A program made the translations under genes and the position numbers. Below, in pieces: positions 22,140-30,879 of a stretch of 64,000 bases of DNA (position 1 is the stretch's first letter; each line of letters starts with the position of its first letter). Under the pieces are notes generated by a model. That model worked only from the letters and a program-made list of their open reading frames with translations, did no database searches and was not told the origin of the DNA. This DNA comes from Nostoc sp. (GTDB lineage Bacteria; Cyanobacteriota; Cyanobacteriia; Cyanobacteriales; Nostocaceae), in assembly GCA_036918135.1 (NCBI GenBank), contig JBALDB010000038.1:1-64000 (forward strand), written 5' to 3'.

Positions 22140-24719
22140 ATGATGCTCAATTGGGTTGGGCGAGCGCTGCTGTTGGCAGGCTTGTTTTCAGGACTGGGAT
22201 TGCAGGCGGTGGCAGAAATTCCCAGTGTCAAACAGGTGCAGCGTCCTGCTACCACCGTCAAGGAATGGATAGCTCAGGTAGAAGCAGCACCGCAAACCAC
22301 ACCCGCGCCGACAATTCAAATCACCGGGGTGAAAGCAAATCCCACCTCTAAAGGTGTAGAGGTGATTTTAGAGACACCTATTGGAACTCAATTGCAAGTC
22401 ATAAATCGCAGTGCTGGTAATAATTTTATTATAGATGTCTCAGGCGGACAGTTACGTTTAGCTGATGGCAATGCTTTTACATTCCGTTCCGATAAACCAC
22501 TTGCGGGAATTACCCAGATAATAGTTACGAATATTGATGCTAATACTGTGCGAGTGACGGTGGTAGGTGAAAAGGCTTTGCCCACAGTTGAGTTATATGA
22601 TGATAATGCAGGTCTGGTTTTTGCGGTAGGATCACAGGCAACTGCAACGTCTCCACAACAGCCAACCCAAACACAGCAGCCCCAAAACGAGACACAGCCA
22701 AAACCATTAGTATCAGGTGATGAGCCAATTGAGTTAGTGGTGACGGGTGAGCAAGATGGGTATCGCGCGACAGATGCTTCAACTGCTACTAAAACCGATA
22801 CGCCCCTGCGCGACCTTCCCCAATCGATTCAAGTAGTGCCTCGGCAAGTGCTAGAAGACCAGCAGGTGAGTAACCTGAGTGAAGCGTTAAGAAATGTGCC
22901 GGGTGTAGCACAGGGAAGTCAATCAACCCGTGGAACCTATGAGGTACCCGTAATCCGAGGCTTTGACGCTAGCTTCGATATCAAAACAAACGGGTTAAGA
23001 AACGAAAGTAATTTATATCAGAGTTTCGATCGGGCTGGTATCGAACGAGTTGAAGTCCTTAAAGGACCTGCCTCTGTTCTCTACGGTCAGGGTTCGTTGG
23101 GAGGGGTGATTAATTATATCACCAAACAACCCTTGAGCGAACCTTACCACGCACTAGAAGCCTCTGTTGGCAGCTTCAATTTCTATCGTGGTGCTATTGA
23201 CCTGACCGGCCCGCTCAATCCCAGCAAGACGGTTTTGTATCGTCTCAACCTCGCCACTCAGACAACCGAAAGTTTCGTTGACTTTTACGAGCAACAGAGA
23301 TACTTTGTAGCACCTGTTGTTTCCTGGCAACTGAGCGATCGCACCAAAATTACTTTTTCTAGCGAGTATCAGGTGCGACCCCAAAAGAATGGTGCTACGG
23401 GTATTCCTGCTGAAGGGAGTGTCCTACCCAATCCGAATGGCAAAATCCCGCGTAATCGTAACACAAACGAGCCAAATAGTACGAGCGATACAAGTCTGCT
23501 TCGCGTTGGCTACGATCTCGAACATCGCTTTAGCTCTAACTGGCAGCTCCGTAGCGCCTTTGAATATTCGTCGTTTCAACGGTATAAAAATTATATCATT
23601 AATAGCACCTTAGCTGAGGATGAGCGTACCTTAAATAGACTATTCACCACAGGTGTGAATGATGAAAGAAATTATGGTATTGACACGTATGTGGTAGGTA
23701 ATTTTGCTACAGGCAGTATTAGGCATCAACTTGTGACAGGTTTTAATTTCACTAAGCATACTGATAATACGACCAGTAATTTCAGCCAAGGTGTTCTTGA
23801 CCTGTTTAACCCGGTATACGGTAGGCAGCCAAGTCCGATTACGAGTAGGGGTAACTATTTTGGTTTCACAGATACATTGGGTATTTATGTTCAAGATCGA
23901 GTCACATTAGCTTCTAATCTGAAGTTGCAATTGGGTTTGGAGTTTGATACCTTCAACCAGACTTCGGGAGAGCGGATTAGCAATACCGAACAAAAAAATT
24001 ATAGCGATGCTTTTAGTCCGCGTGTCGGGATTGTCTATCAACCAATTGAGGCAATTTCGCTGTATGCTAACTATAGTTGTTCCTTTAATCCAAATATTGG
24101 AAGAGCCTTTGACGGGAGTGCATTTCAACCGGAACGCGGTACTTCCTATGAAGTGGGCATCAAAGGAGATATTAGCAATCGACTGTCCGCGACTCTTGCC
24201 TTCTACGACCTGACACGCTCCAATGTCTTGACCACCGATCCGGTCAATACTGACTTCTCTATCGTGACCGGAGAACAACGTAGTAAGGGGGTTGAATTTA
24301 GCGTTGGTGGTGAAATTATACCAGGATGGAATATTGTTGGAGGCTATGCTTACACTGATGCAGAAGTGACCAATGACACTAATTCTAGTCTGGTAGGCAA
24401 CTTGCTGGATAATGTTCCCAAACACAGCTTTAACTTATGGACATCCTACGAAATTCAATCGGGTCGCTTCAAAGGCTTGGGCTTGGGCATGGGTTTATTC
24501 TACGTTGGAGAACGCCAAGGAGACTTAGATAATACCTTCACTTTGCCTAGTTATTTCCTGACTAACGCGGCTATCTTTTATAAGCAAGACAGATTCCGGG
24601 CAGCGCTTAATTTCAAGAATTTGTTTGACGTTGACTATTTTGAATCTGCTCAGAACAGAGTAAATGTTTTTTATGGCGAGCCGTTCGCGGTGCAAGCAAC
24701 GATTTCGTGGGAGTTTTGA
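22140..24719 (+). CDS. TonB-dependent siderophore receptor with AMIN domain
   Basis: ELVVTG, plug motif ERVEVLKGPASVLYG, NLFD, C-terminal Phe. Confidence 0.93.
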   Translation: MMLNWVGRALLLAGLFSGLGLQAVAEIPSVKQVQRPATTVKEWIAQVEAAPQTTPAPTIQITGVKANPTSKGVEVILETPIGTQLQVINRSAGNNFIIDVSGGQLRLADGNAFTFRSDKPLAGITQIIVTNIDANTVRVTVVGEKALPTVELYDDNAGLVFAVGSQATATSPQQPTQTQQPQNETQPKPLVSGDEPIELVVTGEQDGYRATDASTATKTDTPLRDLPQSIQVVPRQVLEDQQVSNLSEALRNVPGVAQGSQSTRGTYEVPVIRGFDASFDIKTNGLRNESNLYQSFDRAGIERVEVLKGPASVLYGQGSLGGVINYITKQPLSEPYHALEASVGSFNFYRGAIDLTGPLNPSKTVLYRLNLATQTTESFVDFYEQQRYFVAPVVSWQLSDRTKITFSSEYQVRPQKNGATGIPAEGSVLPNPNGKIPRNRNTNEPNSTSDTSLLRVGYDLEHRFSSNWQLRSAFEYSSFQRYKNYIINSTLAEDERTLNRLFTTGVNDERNYGIDTYVVGNFATGSIRHQLVTGFNFTKHTDNTTSNFSQGVLDLFNPVYGRQPSPITSRGNYFGFTDTLGIYVQDRVTLASNLKLQLGLEFDTFNQTSGERISNTEQKNYSDAFSPRVGIVYQPIEAISLYANYSCSFNPNIGRAFDGSAFQPERGTSYEVGIKGDISNRLSATLAFYDLTRSNVLTTDPVNTDFSIVTGEQRSKGVEFSVGGEIIPGWNIVGGYAYTDAEVTNDTNSSLVGNLLDNVPKHSFNLWTSYEIQSGRFKGLGLGMGLFYVGERQGDLDNTFTLPSYFLTNAAIFYKQDRFRAALNFKNLFDVDYFESAQNRVNVFYGEPFAVQATISWEF

Positions 24720-24788
24720 TGAGACAATCTCAACTATTTTTCACTCAAACTGGAGAAGAAAAAGCGCGATCGCTTATGGGCATTTTCG

Positions 24789-24820
24789 GCGTTGCCTGGA
24801 GGGGTTACCGTAGACATCGC
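24789..24820 (-). repeat. SDR5-like insertion in a HIP1 site
   Basis: GCGAT + 24-nt insert + CGC on the minus strand; relatives near 600-625 and 25022-25052. Confidence 0.6.
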
Positions 24821-25241
24821 TTTACTATTTACGTATAATATCTAGCCTGTAACTAGAAAAATCAGATACTCCAATTGGTATTGAAGTACTGTGGCGAGGT
24901 TGGTTAAAATTGCACAACCTCCGTGTTTACGTAGCGTCTCGTAGAGAGGGTTGGCAGCTTGCTAGAAACACTTAACGGGAAAAGTCAGAGTGATGAAAGA
25001 GCGCTAAATCAAGATACAAGCGCGGTGCATAGTTTACCGCCGCAGGTATTGCCCTTTCATTTCCTCTTTTAATCCGGAATCAAGCCAAAAAGTGACTAAT
25101 AATTCAGATTTCCATTGACCACGAATACAAAATTATTAGCAGGGGTTACTACAGTATTCCCTGATGATTCCAGCTTTGCCTCGCAACAATCGGCTGGTAT
25201 TGGCTTTGTTGTGGCCTGAGTTTAAAGTGTGATGGTTGTAG

Positions 25242-25514
25242 ATGAATATAGGAATAATCGAGCCTTACAATAGCGGATTTTTAGAAGTTATACCAGAGGG
25301 TGAAGACAGCGATTACTGGCTGATTACAGCTATACATATTAATGGCCAAGCCTACTGCCCTACTCCTGGGCTTTATCGTTCACAAAGGATAGCATTAGCA
25401 AAAGCTGCAAAAATTTATGATTGGTTAGCTGACCACGAAGGAGAAATTAGTAATGGGGCTTGCTACTGCTCTCAATTGAAACTCATCCTTTGGCAGCAAC
25501 CAAAAGTATCTTAG
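25242..25514 (+). CDS. Hypothetical protein
   Basis: Isolated 90-aa ATG ORF followed by a terminator. Confidence 0.6.
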   Translation: MNIGIIEPYNSGFLEVIPEGEDSDYWLITAIHINGQAYCPTPGLYRSQRIALAKAAKIYDWLADHEGEISNGACYCSQLKLILWQQPKVS

Positions 25515-25615
25515 TTGACTTTGTATTAATAGCTGCTTAGAGTAAGCCTGTAGTCGTTGTCTGGGGAAATTGTTAGATATGACATCCTAACACAATTTAT
25601 TTTTCCAAATAATAA

Positions 25616-25652
25616 TAGCGCTTACTCAATCAGAGGTAAGCGCTACTTTTTT
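25616..25652. terminator. Terminator between convergent genes
   Basis: TAGCGCTTAC...GTAAGCGCTA followed by a T-run. Confidence 0.65.
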
Positions 25653-25721
25653 ATTAAATTCAGGGATAAAATATAGTGAAATGAATTCCCTGATTTTTAC
25701 TATTAATTCTAATTAAATTTA

Positions 25722-25994
25722 TTAGATTGTACTGCGACGAGTTAGTAAGTTCCATAAGAAAACAGCAACAATTGCACCCAGAACTGCTACTGCAATACCG
25801 GGAATACTGAGGGTAGGAGCAGCTAGCGTAAAGGTTCCTGTACTGAAAAATACACCCAAACTACCGCCAACAAAAGCACCAATAATTCCTAATAATATTG
25901 TTCCGAGAATTCCGCCGCCTTGATGACCTGGGTAGATAGCCTTGGCAATAGCACCAGCAATTAGACCTAAAACAATCCAAGCAAGAAGATTCAT
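25722..25994 (-). CDS. GlsB/YeaQ/YmgE-family stress membrane protein
   Basis: WIVLGLIAGAIAK..PG..GG.LGTILLGIIGAFVGG. Confidence 0.9.
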   Translation of the reverse strand: MNLLAWIVLGLIAGAIAKAIYPGHQGGGILGTILLGIIGAFVGGSLGVFFSTGTFTLAAPTLSIPGIAVAVLGAIVAVFLWNLLTRRSTI

Positions 25995-26511
25995 TGTTTT
26001 TACTTGATAAACGTTTTTGACTGATAAATATAGAATAACAATCTTAATATCGACATTCCTTCTATCAACAGAACCAATTCTTAATACTCATCAGGATGAA
26101 TTGCTGTTACTTCTAATGATGAACTTGCCTAATTCTAATGGCTAATTAAATTAGCGAACAGTGAAGAGGCGGATGGTGTGGTGTTAGGCTGCATTAACGT
26201 CTACCACTAATCGGCTTTGGTTATTAATCTGAAGTCTGTTAACTACGCCAAACTAGTGGAGAATTTAAATCTAATTAAGAATTTTATAATTAGTAACTAA
26301 TAACTATTAAAAAAAGCTCCTAGCAGGTCTGGAACTAGGGGCTTATTAATTCATTGCTTGTAATTTTCGAGAGCTATTAATTTATGCGATCGCTCATCTA
26401 CTTTGTTTAATCTTTCCTTGCTTGAATTGATTCAACAAGGGTACTTGCTTGATAAAGATGGAATGATTCTCGATTTCAATTGTGGTCTAAATAATTGAAA
26501 ACTGCTGTAAG

Positions 26512-27003
26512 TTACTTTCTGCCTCGCTTTTGCATTTCTTGCTGGCGCATGGGCATAGCATCAATTTCCTGAAAAATTGCTCTTGCTTGGACTGGTGTAG
26601 TGTCTTGACGCTTAACACCACCATCTTTACCCACCAAAATAACGCGGAAATTTTCTTTATTAACTCCAAAGCGATTTCGCAAATTGGTAGCAGAAGATTC
26701 ATCTATTGGCTGTCGGTTGGCATAGCTTTTATCTGTTGCTAAAACCTGAACAAGAACTAAATCCCGGTCTGTAAAACCATTTTGGTGCTGGTCAAATAAC
26801 TGCATCTGCTGCTGATAGCTATGGTTATTAACAGACGGTGCAAACACTAGTAATACGCGCTTTTGCCATTTTTGCGAACTAAGGTTAAATGAAGACATTT
26901 TGACGGCATGATTGGTTGAAGCTAGGACAGTACCAGCAATGCTGACTGGCAATAGGACTATAGAGGTGGTGAGGGTGAGGGCGATTAATACTGAGTTATT
27001 CAC
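26512..27003 (-). CDS. Exported DUF4174-like protein
   Basis: W.KRVLLVFAP, LVGKDGGVK, IDAMPMRQQE. Confidence 0.8.
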   Translation of the reverse strand: MNNSVLIALTLTTSIVLLPVSIAGTVLASTNHAVKMSSFNLSSQKWQKRVLLVFAPSVNNHSYQQQMQLFDQHQNGFTDRDLVLVQVLATDKSYANRQPIDESSATNLRNRFGVNKENFRVILVGKDGGVKRQDTTPVQARAIFQEIDAMPMRQQEMQKRGRK

Positions 27004-27179
27004 TTGAGCAGTTGTTAAGAGCGCTTTATGATCTCAAGGTATCATTAGTTTCCCTTGTATTCCTCTATCTAGTGATGGTTTGTCTTTAGTATTAGATATA
27101 GCAATCCGATCTGATTTTTTTAAAAATCAAAGATGAGTTTTATAGAAGTAGGTCAATGACATAAACGAGGTTTTATAAA

Positions 27180-27377
27180 ATGTCAGAAGCTTTTCCAGAT
27201 TCCTCTCAAGTGCAACAGTGGCATCAAGGTATTGAAATGGCTAACCGCAATAACATTTTCTGTCATTGTCGTAGTTGCAGCTATGAATGGGTAGATTCTA
27301 TGATTGATGCAGTCTGTAGTCAATGCGGCAGCAAAGATGTTGAACATATATCGTGCTGGCAGTTTCCAGATGATTGA
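27180..27377 (+). CDS. Small Zn-ribbon protein
   Basis: CRSC...CSQC pairs, WQFPDD end. Confidence 0.7.
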   Translation: MSEAFPDSSQVQQWHQGIEMANRNNIFCHCRSCSYEWVDSMIDAVCSQCGSKDVEHISCWQFPDD

Positions 27378-27411
27378 ATGTCCAGATAGGTAGTGGCTAT
27401 ACAGTGTTTAA

Positions 27412-28959
27412 CTACTCTAGTTCTGCCTCTAATTCTTTGAATTCTTTGTATTGCCTATCTTTATGCTGCCAGTATTTATTTACTGTTTCTTTAGCTGCAA
27501 CTGCACTTTCGTATTCTGTTCCACCTTCGCAAGTTAACCTTTCTCTAACTTTTTTCCGCAAGTCAGAGATGATTTTACCATTAATTTTGCGGGTTTTAGC
27601 CCAATCTAAAATAGTTTCTGGATAAGAACTAATACCAATATATTTACCTTCAATAATTTCTGGAAGACTGTAACCTTTTAGTTCGTTTATCCAATAGTAA
27701 ATGAATTTCAAGTCTGGGTCTTTTTCTTGAATATTTTTGTTTGGGTTGTAGATGCGAAAAGTATCACTTAAAGGATTAGTAACACCTGATTGCATCTGCC
27801 ACTGCCAATTATCTATTGCTAAATCTCCATCTACTAAATAGTTCATATAGTGTCTAGCGCCATGATGCCAAGAAATACCACAATTGATAGTTAAAAATGT
27901 GGCACACATCGCCCTGGTGCGAAAATTCATCCAACCCATAGTTTTTAGTTGTCGCATACTGGCATCTACCAGAGGAAAGCCTGTTAATCCTTCTTGCCAA
28001 GCATGAAACAGTTCTTGCTTTTCTGGTGGTAAGTCTAGAGGTGTATACCATTCATCAAATTCTGGATAGCGATTTTTGTAAGCTATTTCTGGGTAAAAAT
28101 AAAGGCGCTGTGTAAAACTATCGTGCCAGCGTAGACGGTCGCGAAAAGCTTTTAATGAAAATTCCCCCTTGGGCTGATTTATCAGCTCTGCTGCTCGTGC
28201 TTTAGTACGTTGGTAAACAATGCGAGTTGAAATTGTACCAAAAGTTAGATATGGTGATAAGTGCGATGTTCCACCTTGCTGTGCTAACCAAGGGCGTGAA
28301 ACTTTCCAATGATAGCCATTGAATCTACTTTTAAGAAATGAATTTAATGTAGCTTGTGCTTGTGTTTCTCCACCACTAAAATATATTTGTTCTGTTTGCC
28401 AAAAAGCTTGATATTTCTGTTTAAGTTCAGTCAAGGTAATTTGAGGTACATTGAAAGAAAGTAATACAGGATTAATTTTAGTAAGAGTTGGGTAAATAGA
28501 TTGTCTTTGATATGTGTAATACTCATTAAACCACTGCTCGCGATTATCATGTGATTGTAAAAAGTTGCTGAGTCCGAGATGATATTCAAGATTTAATTCT
28601 TGATAAAAATTAATTATAGTTATATCTCGATTAATACCATACTCAACTTGTACATTACGATTAAAAAAAAGCTTTGGTCTATATCCCTGCTGCATTAATT
28701 GTTTGGTTAACTCTTGTAGTATTTCTACAGAATTACCTTCAAATAGTATTAATTTGCTACCTAATTGCTGAAGGTTATTATCTAAATTCTCTAAAGACTC
28801 AAACAAAAACCGCACCCGTGCTTTACCGACATCAACCCACTGATAAAACCAAGGGTCGATGATAAAGAACGGTAAAACGGCGGCATTATTGGCAGATGAT
28901 AAGGCGACAATTTCGTTGTCTGCCAAACGTAAGTCTCGGCGAAACCACAGAAGGTGCAT
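27412..28959 (-). CDS. DNA photolyase/cryptochrome family protein
   Basis: WFRRDLRLADN, TSHLSPYL.FG, GLTGFPLVDASMRQL..GWMNFR.R; likely start MHLLW at 28959. Confidence 0.9.
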   Translation of the reverse strand: MHLLWFRRDLRLADNEIVALSSANNAAVLPFFIIDPWFYQWVDVGKARVRFLFESLENLDNNLQQLGSKLILFEGNSVEILQELTKQLMQQGYRPKLFFNRNVQVEYGINRDITIINFYQELNLEYHLGLSNFLQSHDNREQWFNEYYTYQRQSIYPTLTKINPVLLSFNVPQITLTELKQKYQAFWQTEQIYFSGGETQAQATLNSFLKSRFNGYHWKVSRPWLAQQGGTSHLSPYLTFGTISTRIVYQRTKARAAELINQPKGEFSLKAFRDRLRWHDSFTQRLYFYPEIAYKNRYPEFDEWYTPLDLPPEKQELFHAWQEGLTGFPLVDASMRQLKTMGWMNFRTRAMCATFLTINCGISWHHGARHYMNYLVDGDLAIDNWQWQMQSGVTNPLSDTFRIYNPNKNIQEKDPDLKFIYYWINELKGYSLPEIIEGKYIGISSYPETILDWAKTRKINGKIISDLRKKVRERLTCEGGTEYESAVAAKETVNKYWQHKDRQYKEFKELEAELE

Positions 28960-29024
28960 AACTTGATTTTCTATATCTTTATAATACAATTGTACTAGCT
29001 AGTTTAAATAATGGAACTAGAACC

Positions 29025-29525
29025 ATGACCTACGCCTACAGCATGGATGACGCGGTGCAGGTAGCCAATCAGGCGGCTACTGATATTGAGGTGTGGTTAT
29101 GGGGAAAGTCAGAAACCATCAGCCTTAACAACGTTGAAAATGACCCCAACTACCAATACAGAGATATTGACCTGATTTGGACAACGCAGACGGATAAAAT
29201 TTTGATTGAAATTAAGGGCGATAGGTGGAACAAAACTCGTAACTTGTTTTTTGAAACTCATAGCAACCTAGAGAAGGGAACCCCTGGCTGCTTCATGTAC
29301 ACTGAAGCAGATTGGCTATTTTATTATTTTGTGAATACTCGTCAACTCTACAAGCTACCGAGGCCAAAAACGCGAGAGTGGTTTCAGATTGCCATGAAGC
29401 GGTTTCGGGAGCGTGCCACAACAACAACACCAGTAGGGAGCAGTTATTACACTACTGTGGGGCGACTTGTGCCGATTACGACGGTAATGATGGAAGTACC
29501 AGGGATTAAAATGGAGCAGCTGTAG
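29025..29525 (+). CDS. Hypothetical protein, PD-(D/E)XK nuclease-like
   Basis: DIDL...IEIKGD...N.FFET.SN...TEAD motif spacing. Confidence 0.6.
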   Translation: MTYAYSMDDAVQVANQAATDIEVWLWGKSETISLNNVENDPNYQYRDIDLIWTTQTDKILIEIKGDRWNKTRNLFFETHSNLEKGTPGCFMYTEADWLFYYFVNTRQLYKLPRPKTREWFQIAMKRFRERATTTTPVGSSYYTTVGRLVPITTVMMEVPGIKMEQL

Positions 29526-29578
29526 GGCTGCGATCGCATTGACTTAGTTTATGAATGCGTTGGTAGTGAGTTGTTTGA

Positions 29579-29705
29579 TACAGCAGTTTTCTCTTGCATA
29601 AAGTACAAAGTTATGGGTTTTGAGGCAGGAGGCAGAAGGTAGAAACTGTTTATGTCTGATTTTAATTCCTGCATTTTGTACCTCATTTACTTGCAAACTG
29701 CTGTA
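29579..29705. mobile_element. MITE-like element
   Basis: TIRs TACAGCAGTTT...AAACTGCTGTA; partial inverted relative at about 61140-61206. Confidence 0.65.
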
Positions 29706-29715
29706 TATGTGTTGA

Positions 29716-29809
29716 TATAGCCGTAGTCACGTAGGTTAGGACATAATGACAAGCGTGAATGCTAGGAATAGTAATAGTTCTACCTCCAGCATAGCTGCCT
29801 CCTGCTATA
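29716..29809. repeat. ~94-bp dispersed repeat, copy 1
   Basis: TATAGCC.TAGTCA..TAGGTTAGGACATAAT...CCTCCTGCTATA; second copy at 38657-38749. Confidence 0.7.
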
Positions 29810-30028
29810 ACTTGGCACAGCGCGGTAGATTAATTATCGTCAGATATATTTCTCGCTTTGCGTAGCTTGCTTCCACGTTCGCGTAGCGTCCCGCAGGGAA
29901 GTGGTACGTTTCACTTCGTTCCACTCGCAATGACATATTAAGGGTAATTTACCGGACATCATATTATTCGTTTTTAACAACAATCAAGCTGAAAACTATT
30001 TAAGTTGTATAATCAATACAATTGTTAC

Positions 30029-30061
30029 AAAAAAGCCCAGTCATCTTATAACTGGGCTTTT
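30029..30061. terminator. hspA terminator
   Basis: AAAAGCCCAGT...ACTGGGCTTTT hairpin. Confidence 0.75.
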
Positions 30062-30109
30062 AGCTATCTCAATCAGTTATTGGAGGTTGAGTAGTCCGAT
30101 CATCAGCCA

Positions 30110-30559
30110 TTAGGCAGTAGGTTGTTCCAGATTAACTTTGACAACTTTGTTTTTTTCTTGCTCAGTTTTTGGCAATGTTAAATTCAATATGCCGTCTTTA
30201 TAATCTGCGGTAACATTGGTATTTTGAATTCTAGTTTTGAGAGGAATTACACGTTGGAATTTTCCATAGTAGAATTCGCTCTTGGTAGTACCCTTGTTTT
30301 CTGTTTTAGTTTCAGACTTGCGCTCACCACTAATGTGAACAGCATCTTCGGTGACTTGAATATCTAGGTCTTTAGCGTCTAGTCCTGGTAGTTCTAGCTT
30401 GAGATGAATCGTATCATCAGTTTCTTGTAGTTCAGCAGCCGGAACTTTGATAAAGTCTTTTTCAAACCGTGCAGATGGTACTCTGGTATCTCCCAGTAAG
30501 CCGTTGATGTGACGTTCTAAAGCGTTCAATTCTTGCCAGGGGTTGTAACGAACTAGCAT
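30110..30559 (-). CDS. hspA: Small heat-shock protein Hsp20
   Basis: Alpha-crystallin domain (ELPGL, YGKFQRVIPL, ADYKDGILNLTLPK). Confidence 0.93.
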   Translation of the reverse strand: MLVRYNPWQELNALERHINGLLGDTRVPSARFEKDFIKVPAAELQETDDTIHLKLELPGLDAKDLDIQVTEDAVHISGERKSETKTENKGTTKSEFYYGKFQRVIPLKTRIQNTNVTADYKDGILNLTLPKTEQEKNKVVKVNLEQPTA

Positions 30560-30879
30560 ATTAATTTATCCCTTGTATCAGTAGTAGTTTGCTCAATAAC
30601 TTCGGATTTAATTCCTTGCTTTGATTACCATCTTATTAAGAACTAATAAGTTTGTAAGTTCGGTTTTTTCGCCTAATAATTGATGATTACCGCCAAATTT
30701 ATTGGGGAGATTATTAGGTGTAGAAAACTGTAATATTATTGGTTCGGTAAACCCGATAAATGTTAAGAATATGTTCGCAATGACATAAATAATTTTGCAT
30801 AACTACTTATAGAGGTTCTTACTTCGTTGCAATAGAGTCAGAACCCCAAGAGCATTTGCTTACGCATTTGAATGTGGTA

